Virus record (IMG/VR): IMGVR_UViG_3300030372_004564
Span: 1 to 30,437 of that record
Direction: 5' to 3' (one strand)
From: a virus
Taxonomy: Duplodnaviria > Caudoviricetes
DNA: 30,437 nucleotides
Shown here: positions 8,453 through 17,596 of the stretch, piece after piece
Position numbering within the stretch: position 1 is the first letter of the stretch
How the letters are laid out: each line of letters starts with the position of its first letter
The notes under the pieces: generated by a model
What the model was told of the DNA's origin: nothing
The model's database searches: none
The model's input: the letters and a program-made list of their open reading frames with translations, nothing else
Made by a program: the position numbers and the translations under genes

Positions 8453-8499
8453 CCGTATAGAGAAATATACGGGACAGATCGTGCCGTTTCTGATACGGT
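8453..8499 (+). promoter_or_regulatory. Palindrome plus extended -10 promoter for the head operon
   Basis: CCGTATA-N6-TATACGG (8453-72); TG-A-TACGGT (8491-99) ending 6 nt before the portal ATG. Confidence 0.5.
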
Positions 8500-8505
8500 C
8501 CCCGC

Positions 8506-10785
8506 ATGGGCGAGGAGTACCTCACAGTTAGACCGTCTTGGTTCACCCGGCTGCTCCGTGGGGTGGGACTCTTGCCGTCTGGTGAGGTGGCCTTTGAGGC
8601 TGGCGCTGACTTTGCAGCGAGCCAGCCCGCGCACCCTGGTTACCCGAAGGGGGACGCGCTCTCTGCATACGCGGCCTTCCCTTGGGTCTATTCCTGCGTC
8701 GATGCCATTAGCTCAGATCTGGCTGGGCTCCCTTTGATGGCAATCCGTGGGACGGGGGCCGACGCGGAGAGACTCGATAGTCACCCAGTGCTGGACCTCC
8801 TCGCCCAACCCTCTACCCGCGTATCGTCTCAGCTCTTCCGGAAGCAGCTCATTACAGACTACATCCTGACCGGTGACGCCTACGCCTTGATCGCAGGAGA
8901 GCGCGAGCCCGTCGCACTGCTTCGCATGATCCCGCAGCGCGTCACCGTCAAGCCGTGGGCAGATGGTCAGCCAGGGCAGTACCTCTACGACAGCAGCGGC
9001 AAGACGCGCGCATATACCTTCGAGGAGGTGCTGCATCTTCGCTCGCCATCGTGGGAGGATGACCCCAGCAACCTATACGGAACAGGCGCTGTGCGGCCTC
9101 TGGACCACGACCTTCGCACAGAGCTGGCGAGCATCAAGAGCGCAGAGCAGACAGCCAAGACAGGGCGCCCAAGCGGCATCATCAGCCCGAGCGAGCCGGA
9201 CGCCGTCTGGGGCAAAGAGCAGATTGCACGCATCCGCAAGGGCTATGAGCGGCAGATGAGCGGCCAAAGCGGGCTCCTCATCCTCGGAGGTCCTGCCAAG
9301 TTTGACTCGCTCCAGATGACGCCGCGAGACCTTGAATTTAGCCAGCAGCGCGAGATGACGCGCTCTGCTACTCTCGCAGTCTTCAGCGTGCCACCCACAC
9401 GGGTCGGACTCCCAACTGCGAACTATGCCACAGCACGAGAACAGGCCAAGGTGTATTGGCAGACGCTACAGTCTCGGGCGGCCTTCATTGATGTGGAGCT
9501 GACGAGATTGGCTCAGATGTTCCCAGGTTCCGAATCGGTGAGGGTCGTCCATGACTTTTCAGCCGTCGAGGCGCTACAGGAGAGCCGCTCAGACCGTGTA
9601 CTCCGCGTGCGCCAGTGGTATGACATGGGGCTATCGCTCGCAGACGCTGCAGCCTTCGAGGGCTTCGAGGAGCTGCCTGAGCAAGAGTTCGCCGAGGAGC
9701 TTGACAGCATGGATGGGCAGCCGGAGCCAGAGGCAGACGAGGCAGAGGCCGAGAACCTGCGCGGGCTATTTGGCACCGTAGAAAAGCAGGTCGCAGAGCC
9801 AGCGCCCGCACCAGAGCCAGCGCTCCAGCCTGAGGAGGCCCGCTCTGTCTTTGCGTCCTGGTATGACGAGGACGAGGACGACGAGAAGCGGAGAGAGTAC
9901 ATCATCCCGCAGACGAGAGAGGAGCGCGTCGAGGTCTGGAAGGGCTACATCGAGCGGCTCCACGACCCAGCAGAGCGCAAGATCAATATCCTGATGCGGG
10001 GCTTCTTCACGAAGCAGAGCAAGCGCTACTCGTCAAGGCTGCGCCGATTCTACAACCAGAAGGGCATCACGAAGGCGCCCCCCACAGAGCAAGAACTGGC
10101 GCAGATCCTCGCATCTGAGAAGGAGAAGGCAGCGCTCAGGCAGCTGGTGCTGCCGATCTTCTCCTCGCTGCTGGAGCAGTCTTATCAGCTGGCTATCCGC
10201 CAAATGGACGCAGGCGATCGAGTCTTTGACCCTATCCGCCTCGACGGCGCCATCGCAGCCGCGACAGGCCAGATGGTTACAGACGTTAGCGAGACGACAG
10301 AGCGAGCCATCCGCAGGATCATAATCGAAGGACTCGCAGAGGGTCAGACAACGGCACAAGTGCAGCGTAGGCTGATGGATTCGAAAGCATTTGACGCAGC
10401 GCGGGCTCTCATGATCGCACGCACTGAGGCGACACGGAACACGAACGCGGGCGCCCTTGCAGCATTCGCAAGCGCAGCCGATGAAGGCGTCCCCGTGCAG
10501 GTGATGTGGATCACAGCTGGCGACTCTGGAGTCCGCGACGCACATAGAGAGCTTGATGGGGTCTATGTGCCAGAGGGCGAGGCCTTCAGCTCAAGCGCAG
10601 GCAGCCCTGTCGGTCCGGGCCAGTTCGGAAGCGCGAGCGAGGATATTAACTGCCGGTGCAATTTGATCCCGTTCATCGATAAGGAAGACGCGGAGGCACT
10701 CAGCAGCGAGCGCGAGCCCTTCAGGCTTCCAGAGGGCGACGACGCCCGCATAGACACATTCTTCCCAGAGGACGCAGATGGCTGA
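8506..10785 (+). CDS. HK97-family portal protein fused to a MuF/SPP1 gp7-like minor head domain
   Basis: N-terminal part: WVYSCVDAIS..LA.LPL, HPVLDLL..P, EEVLHLR, YGTGAV, VFSVPP..VG. Then an acidic linker. C-terminal part: RALMIARTE, WITAGD..VRDAH..LDG, EDINCRC. Confidence 0.92.
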   Translation: MGEEYLTVRPSWFTRLLRGVGLLPSGEVAFEAGADFAASQPAHPGYPKGDALSAYAAFPWVYSCVDAISSDLAGLPLMAIRGTGADAERLDSHPVLDLLAQPSTRVSSQLFRKQLITDYILTGDAYALIAGEREPVALLRMIPQRVTVKPWADGQPGQYLYDSSGKTRAYTFEEVLHLRSPSWEDDPSNLYGTGAVRPLDHDLRTELASIKSAEQTAKTGRPSGIISPSEPDAVWGKEQIARIRKGYERQMSGQSGLLILGGPAKFDSLQMTPRDLEFSQQREMTRSATLAVFSVPPTRVGLPTANYATAREQAKVYWQTLQSRAAFIDVELTRLAQMFPGSESVRVVHDFSAVEALQESRSDRVLRVRQWYDMGLSLADAAAFEGFEELPEQEFAEELDSMDGQPEPEADEAEAENLRGLFGTVEKQVAEPAPAPEPALQPEEARSVFASWYDEDEDDEKRREYIIPQTREERVEVWKGYIERLHDPAERKINILMRGFFTKQSKRYSSRLRRFYNQKGITKAPPTEQELAQILASEKEKAALRQLVLPIFSSLLEQSYQLAIRQMDAGDRVFDPIRLDGAIAAATGQMVTDVSETTERAIRRIIIEGLAEGQTTAQVQRRLMDSKAFDAARALMIARTEATRNTNAGALAAFASAADEGVPVQVMWITAGDSGVRDAHRELDGVYVPEGEAFSSSAGSPVGPGQFGSASEDINCRCNLIPFIDKEDAEALSSEREPFRLPEGDDARIDTFFPEDADG

Positions 10786-11458
10786 TCCTATCGTCAGAGA
10801 ATACCGCATCGAAGCCAGAGAAGCCGAGAACGGGCAGATCACAGTCATCGCAAGCGCTCCCACAGTGGACCGCATGGGAGACATCGTCGAGGCACCCTGG
10901 GACCTTCAGCGCTTTGCGTCAAACCCTGTCATCCAGTGGGCTCACCGTTACGACATCCCGCCCGTAGGTCGCGCCACATCTGTGACGGTAGACGCTGACG
11001 GCGTGCTGATGATGGATATTGAGTTTGACGAGAGCCCAGAGAATCCGCTCGGGCGCACTGTAGCCAGCCAGATGCGTCGAGGCTTTCTCAATGCCGTGTC
11101 GGTAGGCTTCGCCCCTGGTGAGTCTGTGCGCCGCTCATCGCTTCCGAAGGATGATCCGCGATATGGCGAGGAGGGATGGGTGTATCGCAATTCTGAACTC
11201 TTAGAGACCAGCGTTGTGCCTATACCAGCTAACCCCCAAGCGCTCGCCATTCGTCGCGCCCTCGAAGAGATGGAGCCGATCAAGCGCACCGCAGAAGAGC
11301 GCGCCGCCGAGGCGATGGCCGACCCAGAGGTCAAGGCCTGTATAGAGGCCTGGATCTTGTCCGAGCCTGCCGCGCCCGTCATCAAGGACGCTGCAGACGC
11401 GCTCTCAAACCTCTTCGGGCCTGACCCGATCTCTACCGTCTTCGGTCATAGTGACTGA
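10778..11458 (+). CDS. HK97-family prohead protease
   Basis: VDRMGDIV, NPVIQWAH, PPVGR, GFLNAVSVGF, ELLETSVVPIPANPQA. Confidence 0.93.
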   Translation: MADPIVREYRIEAREAENGQITVIASAPTVDRMGDIVEAPWDLQRFASNPVIQWAHRYDIPPVGRATSVTVDADGVLMMDIEFDESPENPLGRTVASQMRRGFLNAVSVGFAPGESVRRSSLPKDDPRYGEEGWVYRNSELLETSVVPIPANPQALAIRRALEEMEPIKRTAEERAAEAMADPEVKACIEAWILSEPAAPVIKDAADALSNLFGPDPISTVFGHSD

Positions 11459-11493
11459 GACAACCCGCAACCGTAGCCCACAAGGACACAGCT

Positions 11494-12942
11494 ATGGACT
11501 TTCTAGACAATAAACCGGATCTGTCCACCCCCGACGGGGCACGGAAAGCAATCCACGACGTACACAAGGCGGCGAAAGAACTTCGCGATGAGAACGGCAA
11601 GCTGCGCGCCAATATGGACGCGATGACGACCGACCTCAAGGCCGCACAGAAGAGCCTGCAAGAGGCCCGCGCTTCCCTTGCCGCACCTTCCAAGGGTGAT
11701 AGCGAGCTTGGCCGCTACATCACCGCCAAGGGCATTCGCACAGTCGGTAAGGAGAACGAGCACGGCGTATACCTGCCGGGTCTCCTCGATGACACCGCGC
11801 GGAATGATTGGCAGGAAGAGTTCCAGAAGGCCTGTGAGACCTACACCTTCGCATCCGCTGCACTGGGTCGCCCTCACAAGAAGGCTCTCTCTCACGTGCA
11901 CCACATCATGACTCAGGCGCCCAGCGCTGTCCGTCGTGCCTTCGACTCTCAGGCCGGTAGCGGTGGCGAGTTCATCCCCGCCCCAGTGCTTCCCCTTCTT
12001 GAGAAGGACGTAATCATTCGCGGACAGGTGATGAGCCTCTTCGATGAGATCGCCGTCTCTTCCAACTCTCAGACAATGCCCGTTATCAGCAGCGGCCTGC
12101 GTCCATACCTCAAGGGAAGCGTGACCAGCGACAACCCTGCACAGTTCGAGGCCTCCAGCCTCGGCACCGCAGAGCGCACCATCGCACCGAAGGGAATGGC
12201 TGTCAGGACCGTCCTCTCGGACGATGCTGAGGAGGACGCAATTTTCGACATGGTGCCTCTGCTGAGGTCCCAGGCAATCGAGGCACTCGTGCATGGTGTG
12301 GATGACTGCATCGTAAATGGAGACAGTGCCGCGACGCATCAGGACGCGCTTGCCTCTTGGAACACGCGCGGTCTCTGGGGCTCTTCTGGTCTCGGTACCT
12401 CGATCGATCATCGTCGCGGCTGGCTCGGCCTTCGTGCCCGTGCCTATGACCAGAGCGCAACCGTCGACCGTTCGACCTATAGCTATGCCAACTTCCTCGC
12501 AGACTTGGCAGACCTTGCCACGCCTCGCGGAATCGGCGGGACCGAGGGTAACTTGATCTACATGATCAGCCCCGAAGGCTATCTCGCTAACGTGGCTGGA
12601 CTCGATCAGGTCTCGCTAGTAGCAAACTACGGGCCCCAGGCGTCTGTACTTAACGGAGAAATTGCGAAGCTCGGGGGAGCCAGAGTAGTCCTCAGTGACA
12701 TGATTACAGCAGATCTCGCAGCCACCGGTCTCTATACCGGCAGCGGCTCGAAGACTGGTGCGCTCATCTTCAATGCATCAAGGCACAAGATGTTCATTCG
12801 ACGAGGTCAGCGCGTGGAGCTTTCGCGGGACGCCACCCGTGGGATCACCTCGATCATCACGACTTGGCGCGGCCAGTTCAAGGCTGTCTCCAGCTCTGCG
12901 ACCGTCAAGGATGTCATCTACGAGTTCAACCTCTCCAGCTAA
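11494..12942 (+). CDS. HK97-fold major capsid protein with N-terminal coiled-coil scaffold domain
   Basis: Follows the protease; N-terminal coiled coil, GSGGEFIP, VDDCIVNGD; 482 aa. Confidence 0.92.
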   Translation: MDFLDNKPDLSTPDGARKAIHDVHKAAKELRDENGKLRANMDAMTTDLKAAQKSLQEARASLAAPSKGDSELGRYITAKGIRTVGKENEHGVYLPGLLDDTARNDWQEEFQKACETYTFASAALGRPHKKALSHVHHIMTQAPSAVRRAFDSQAGSGGEFIPAPVLPLLEKDVIIRGQVMSLFDEIAVSSNSQTMPVISSGLRPYLKGSVTSDNPAQFEASSLGTAERTIAPKGMAVRTVLSDDAEEDAIFDMVPLLRSQAIEALVHGVDDCIVNGDSAATHQDALASWNTRGLWGSSGLGTSIDHRRGWLGLRARAYDQSATVDRSTYSYANFLADLADLATPRGIGGTEGNLIYMISPEGYLANVAGLDQVSLVANYGPQASVLNGEIAKLGGARVVLSDMITADLAATGLYTGSGSKTGALIFNASRHKMFIRRGQRVELSRDATRGITSIITTWRGQFKAVSSSATVKDVIYEFNLSS

Positions 12943-12963
12943 TAGCTAAAGGAATTAACTATC

Positions 12964-13347
12964 ATGTCAGTACAAGAGACAATTGTGATGATGGAGCAGC
13001 TAACGCAGGGGACTGCGGGCACTGATGAAGACCATTACCTGACCGTGCCATGCGCCGGCGAGTGGATGCTCAAGAAGGCTTACATCAACGTGAGCACGAC
13101 TGTGGCAACCGACTCCAGCCACTACGCGACGATCGCACTGAAGCAAGGAGCCACCACGGTTTCCAGCTTTGCGACTAACGACGGAGCACTGACCGCAGGC
13201 ACCGCGCAAGCGCTGACCAATGCGGCAGCAGGAGCTTCGGCGGTCTTCGGGCAGGGGGACACGATCCACCTGAGCGTTGCCAAGTCGGGAGACGGAAAGG
13301 CTGTGAAGGGGACTGTGACGGTCTCCCTGCAGGCCATCGTGAGCTAA
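12964..13347 (+). CDS. Probable capsid decoration/cement protein
   Basis: Small beta-rich Thr/Ala/Gly protein right after the capsid gene; AAGGA RBS. Confidence 0.65.
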   Translation: MSVQETIVMMEQLTQGTAGTDEDHYLTVPCAGEWMLKKAYINVSTTVATDSSHYATIALKQGATTVSSFATNDGALTAGTAQALTNAAAGASAVFGQGDTIHLSVAKSGDGKAVKGTVTVSLQAIVS

Positions 13348-13586
13348 TGAAGGAACGCCCCCAGGACCGGCCTGTGTCGGCTCTGGGGGCCTCCACCCCC
13401 CTCGCAGGTGGGATACCTGCCCCTAAGGTCCACAGGGCCATCCTGGCGCCTCTCAGGCGCTCTAACCTCGAAGACGAAGACACGACCGATGGCGATCTGC
13501 ACACCGGCACAGATGAAGCAGTATCTGAGGGTGATCACCGGGACAACCGAGGACAGCCTGCTGGACGCTTTGATCCTGCGCTTTGA
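13347..13586 (+). CDS. Possible small hypothetical protein
   Basis: TAATG coupling with the upstream gene, but overlaps the next gene by 98 nt. Confidence 0.3.
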   Translation: MKERPQDRPVSALGASTPLAGGIPAPKVHRAILAPLRRSNLEDEDTTDGDLHTGTDEAVSEGDHRDNRGQPAGRFDPAL

Positions 13587-14094
13587 CCGAATCGGTAGCA
13601 GCTATTGCGGGTTCCCTACGAACTCGAACCTCTCGACCTTCGAGAACAATACATACACGCATTATTTCGACGGCGATGGCACTGACGTTCTCCAGCTTCG
13701 CATCATACCGGCGAACACGATCACGAGTGTCTATGTAGACGTCGAGCGCCTCTATCCAGCCTCCACGCTCGTTGCGGCTTCCGACTATACGCTTGACAGC
13801 GACTTGGGCCTCCTCATCCTCGGCACTGACTCCAGCCAAGGCGCATTCGATAAAGGCTTCCGCTCTGTCAAGGTGACCTACACTGCGGGCTTCACGTCCA
13901 TCCCGGACGCCATCGTGCACGCATGCGGCGTCCAGGTCTCGCACTGGTACCGCAACCGGGACAACATCGGCTTCTCTAACGTAAGCCAGCAGGGCGGCTC
14001 TGTGGCTGTGGCAGACCTTGCACTCTTGCCGGCTGTGAAGGCGGCTCTGAACCCGTATAGATTCGCGGGTGAGATCGGGGGCTTCATTGGCTAA
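13489..14094 (+). CDS. Head-tail connector/adaptor (gp6-like)
   Basis: MAICT.AQMKQYL...EDSLLDALI, FDGDG, VKVTYTAGFTSIPDAI..AC...VSHWYRNR; start moved to ATG 13489. Confidence 0.85.
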   Translation: MAICTPAQMKQYLRVITGTTEDSLLDALILRFDRIGSSYCGFPTNSNLSTFENNTYTHYFDGDGTDVLQLRIIPANTITSVYVDVERLYPASTLVAASDYTLDSDLGLLILGTDSSQGAFDKGFRSVKVTYTAGFTSIPDAIVHACGVQVSHWYRNRDNIGFSNVSQQGGSVAVADLALLPAVKAALNPYRFAGEIGGFIG

Positions 14095-14674
14095 GTCCCG
14101 CACACTGCAGCAGTTTAGCGACGACCTTAAGAAGGAGGGCGCAGGAGGCCTGGAGAAGCGCCTGCGCACTCTTATGCAAGCGCTGAAGACTGACGCAGAG
14201 ACGCAGGCTAAAGACGCTTATAGGACTTCAGGTCTACGCATACGCAGCGGATCTCTATTCGGCTCCATCTCTGGCGGGGTTCTCGCAGAGGCGGAGGGTA
14301 TCGGTCTATTCGTCAAGGCTGGAGGGCTCGATAGGCACGGTCAGCCCATACGTTATGCAAGGCTTCAAGAGGAGGGGGGCACGGTCACAGCTAAGCGCGG
14401 ACGCTATCTGGCTATCCCTTTGGGTCCAGCAAAGACGCCCCGTGGAGTGCCCCGGTACGACTCTCCGCGCGTGCTGGGAGACCAGCTCTTCTTTCATATG
14501 AAGGACGGAAAAGCGTATCTGATCAATAAATCAACGGTGAAGGCTTGGTATAGGCTCAAAGAGAGCGTGACTATCAAGGCCAGACCCTATCTTCGTCCGG
14601 GTCTTAAAGAGGTTAGTCAGCGCATGCCGGATGACCTGCGCAGGATCGTGAAGCTCTCGATCGTGGGGATGTGA
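14087..14674 (+). CDS. Neck/tail morphogenesis protein (HK97 gp10 / Mu gpG-like)
   Basis: RSGSLFGSI, YARLQEEGG, YLAIP, IKARPYLRPGL; TTG start inferred. Confidence 0.75.
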   Translation: MAKSRTLQQFSDDLKKEGAGGLEKRLRTLMQALKTDAETQAKDAYRTSGLRIRSGSLFGSISGGVLAEAEGIGLFVKAGGLDRHGQPIRYARLQEEGGTVTAKRGRYLAIPLGPAKTPRGVPRYDSPRVLGDQLFFHMKDGKAYLINKSTVKAWYRLKESVTIKARPYLRPGLKEVSQRMPDDLRRIVKLSIVGM

Positions 14675-15156
14675 TGGGATCACGAGCGCGATCGATACTG
14701 ACCAAGATCAAGGCCGACATCCAAGGGATCAACGGGACCGGGTCTTATAACTACGATCTAAGCGGGTCAGATCAAGTCATCATCGGGTCACAGATGAACC
14801 CTGTGCGCGTGCCCTGCGTCTATGTCTATTGCGACACGGACACGGCATCGCAGATAGCAGGCACGACGCCTCTAACTATGTACTCGCGCACCATGCAGGT
14901 GATGGTTGTCGGCTATGTGGCGGGCACGGACGACAGCCCCGAGGAGCTACATCTGCGGACTTGGGATCTATTGGCTGACCTCAAGGTAGCGCTCGAAGCT
15001 GATCGCAGCCTGACGGTCTCGGGCGTCGACAAGTGCGACGACTTAGAGCTGAGCATGACGAGCACAGACGGAGCGCAGATCGGCCGGCCGTCTCTTGGAA
15101 TCGCCGTGGTATCGTTGACCGTGAAATATCGTCAGAACTCTGGGAGCGGGTCGTGA
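14671..15156 (+). CDS. Tail terminator/completion protein
   Basis: Position and size; R..ILTKIKADIQGI, PCVYVY, LLADLKVALEAD. Confidence 0.7.
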   Translation: MMGSRARSILTKIKADIQGINGTGSYNYDLSGSDQVIIGSQMNPVRVPCVYVYCDTDTASQIAGTTPLTMYSRTMQVMVVGYVAGTDDSPEELHLRTWDLLADLKVALEADRSLTVSGVDKCDDLELSMTSTDGAQIGRPSLGIAVVSLTVKYRQNSGSGS

Positions 15157-15905
15157 GCTGGTACAATTCAAGCTGGAACTATCGGCTCCCTGTCTCGGTA
15201 AACAATCTGAGCGGGGCCTCTACCATCGACGCGACTGTGAGCTTCGGCGCAGAGGTGGAGCTATTTTGGGACAACACCAGAGCCGACGGGTTTGACATCC
15301 GGTTTACTCAGGCGGATGGTGTCACCGAATGCGCCTACAATCGGCACACGTGGAACAGCAGCACCAAGACGGCACGCTTCGACATCGATGGCATCGCAGC
15401 AGGCAGCAGCGACGGCACGGTCGTGATCTTCATGTACTTCGGAAACCTGTCGACCACAGACGGCAGCACGAGCCCCACAATATCAAGCGCGAAGACTGGC
15501 ACGATTGAGCGCGCAGAGCCTGGAATCCCTCGCGTACTTGTGGCGCCCTTCAGGCCTGGGGAGACCATTGCACAGCAGAAGGTCACAAAATCCAGCGCGG
15601 GTCAGATCGACGTCTGGCTTGATTGTCGGACAATGCTACAGAAGCAGGCAAACCCCTTCAATGACTCGAAGCGCTACGAAGAGATCGCATGGGTGACAGT
15701 CCAGTCCCTGTCAGGGGGGAGCGATGACTCTGGCCGATATGACGAGTCCGTGACCACCATTAGCGATCCAGGATGGATCAAAGTCCGAATCAAGGCCGGG
15801 TCATCCGGCACTGACTACACTCTCGCCGTGACCATCGGCACATCTAACCAACGAGTAATCCAGGCACGCGCCATCGTGGACGTGCAAGATCTCGACGAAT
15901 CATAG
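15153..15905 (+). CDS. Virion protein with N-terminal DUF2341-like domain and C-terminal fibre-adaptor-like domain
   Basis: WYNSSWNYRLPVSV, DGFDIRFT..DG, IFMYFGN are DUF2341-like; C-terminal K......DVWLD...GSSGTDY.LAVTI.TS..R. GTG start overlaps the upstream stop. Confidence 0.65.
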   Translation: MSWYNSSWNYRLPVSVNNLSGASTIDATVSFGAEVELFWDNTRADGFDIRFTQADGVTECAYNRHTWNSSTKTARFDIDGIAAGSSDGTVVIFMYFGNLSTTDGSTSPTISSAKTGTIERAEPGIPRVLVAPFRPGETIAQQKVTKSSAGQIDVWLDCRTMLQKQANPFNDSKRYEEIAWVTVQSLSGGSDDSGRYDESVTTISDPGWIKVRIKAGSSGTDYTLAVTIGTSNQRVIQARAIVDVQDLDES

Positions 15906-15914
15906 GGGGCCGAA

Positions 15915-16868
15915 ATGGCTGTATATCTTGGAAGAAATAGCGCAATCGGCTTCGGCGAGGAGTCGACCTGGGGCACTGCCGTATCACGGTCTAACTGGCG
16001 ACCGCTTGCCAATGTCTCGCTCTATCGGAAGGTCACACAGGTCCCACGACCCGACCTCAAGAGCGACGCTACCAGCGCGATGCGCCGGGGCCACTTCGTC
16101 AGCGAGGACGCTACTGACGGTTCAGCCTCTCTGGTCTGTAACTATGGATCGATGGGCCTCTTCTTCAAGCATGCGATGGGCACCGCCGCCGCTCCGTCTG
16201 GCTCGGACCCATACACCCACGTCTACACCCTCGCAGCTTCTCAGCCGACCGGTTTGAGTGTCGAGGTCGTGCGCGGCACCTCTACCAAGTCTGAGGTCTT
16301 CGAGGGCTGCAAGATCAACACAGCTACCTTCTCCGTCAGCGCAGGCGATGCCCTCATGCTGGATCTGGACTTCATCGGCCAGACCGCAGCCGCACGAGGT
16401 AGCGCAGGAACGCCGAGCTATGCAGCCGAGGAGCTTCTGGTGCTGCACAGTCACGCGGGACAGTTGAACTTCAACTCTGTGAACTACGACCTGCGGAGCA
16501 TGACGCTCACGATCTCCAACAGCCTCGATCGACGTCAGCTCCTCGGCTCTGCTGAGACCAAAGAGCCCGTCCGGTCTGACTTCATGTCCGTTACGCTTGA
16601 TGTCGAACTCGAAGCGGTTGATACCCTCTACGCCGCACAGCTGGCCGGCACTCAGGGGGACGTCACCATCGCATTCACGCACCCCACAGTGTCAAACCGC
16701 AGCATCACGTTCCTAATCGAGAATGCCTACCTCGCGACCTGCGACGATAGCATCAGTGATGCGGGCGTGGTATCACTGTCCGGCCAGTTCGTAGCAGAGA
16801 GCGACGGCACCAACGAAGGCCTCAAGGTCACGGTGGTCAACGGCAACAGCTCGAACACCGGCAACTAA
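15915..16868 (+). CDS. Tail tube (major tail) protein
   Basis: GFGEESTWGT, YTHVYT, FEGCKINT, LTISNSL; 317 aa, upstream of chaperone and tape measure. Confidence 0.88.
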   Translation: MAVYLGRNSAIGFGEESTWGTAVSRSNWRPLANVSLYRKVTQVPRPDLKSDATSAMRRGHFVSEDATDGSASLVCNYGSMGLFFKHAMGTAAAPSGSDPYTHVYTLAASQPTGLSVEVVRGTSTKSEVFEGCKINTATFSVSAGDALMLDLDFIGQTAAARGSAGTPSYAAEELLVLHSHAGQLNFNSVNYDLRSMTLTISNSLDRRQLLGSAETKEPVRSDFMSVTLDVELEAVDTLYAAQLAGTQGDVTIAFTHPTVSNRSITFLIENAYLATCDDSISDAGVVSLSGQFVAESDGTNEGLKVTVVNGNSSNTGN

Positions 16869-16890
16869 TCACACACAAGGAGCGACAATC

Positions 16891-17403
16891 ATGAGTGTAG
16901 TTAAGCTAATCAGCAAGAGCGCGTGCAAGGTCATCGAAGCCGGCGGCCTGCATTGGAAGATTAAGCGTGTCCGGTCCCGCGACGTCCTGCGGGCCGGGCT
17001 TGCTACCATGATCCAATTTGCGCCTGAAGACCTCGCAGATGTGATGAAGGGCGACCCTGACGAGGACCAGATCCAGAAACAGCTTGCAGGCAGCTGGGCT
17101 CAGAAAATGGCCTCTATGACAGATGTGCAGCAAGCGAAGATGTCAGACAGCCTCGACGCTCTCGTGTGCGCGGGCGTCATCGAGGCCAGCGAGGACGGCG
17201 AGACATGGGAGCAGATCCGGTTTACCATGAACGAGCGAGAGGCCGACCCAGAGGCCTCAGTCCTCATGGTTGACACTCTGCCCTGGTCAGTCCGTCAGAG
17301 CCTGTCCATGGCTGTTCAGAGCCACTCCCGCGAGGGATTGGAGGCGGAGATCGAATCTGTCGCCACCTTTCGCGAGGGAGCCGAAAATAGTGCTGCTGGT
17401 TGA
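16891..17403 (+). CDS. Tail assembly chaperone (gpG-like)
   Basis: Between tail tube and tape measure; AAGGAGCGAC RBS. Confidence 0.8.
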   Translation: MSVVKLISKSACKVIEAGGLHWKIKRVRSRDVLRAGLATMIQFAPEDLADVMKGDPDEDQIQKQLAGSWAQKMASMTDVQQAKMSDSLDALVCAGVIEASEDGETWEQIRFTMNEREADPEASVLMVDTLPWSVRQSLSMAVQSHSREGLEAEIESVATFREGAENSAAG

Positions 17404-17596
17404 CCGGATAGCACGGCGCTACAATCGGACGCCCGGGGAGGTGCTCGACATGGACCCCTATGAGCTGAGCCTCTGCGTGGTCTGCGTCCAACACGCCGAC
17501 GCACATCAAGCGGAGCAGGTGAAGCGACTTCAAAGGCACAGCAAAGGGTCCATGATTCCGGCGCCCGTTCCCGTGCTCAACATAGGGGATATCTGA
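17372..17596 (+). CDS. Frameshift extension of the tail chaperone (gpT-like)
   Basis: Overlapping +1 frame (DRIARRYNRTPGEVLDM...) ends at the tape measure start; candidate shift site ACC TTT CGC at 17365-17373. Confidence 0.7.
   Translation, partial: AREPKIVLLVDRIARRYNRTPGEVLDMDPYELSLCVVCVQHADAHQAEQVKRLQRHSKGSMIPAPVPVLNIGDI

Noticed and set aside
11503-12411. Long minus-strand ORFs (also 13462-14169, 16122-16682, 4229-4970)
   Set aside because: They lie opposite well-supported genes, as expected in GC-rich DNA, and show no recognisable motifs.
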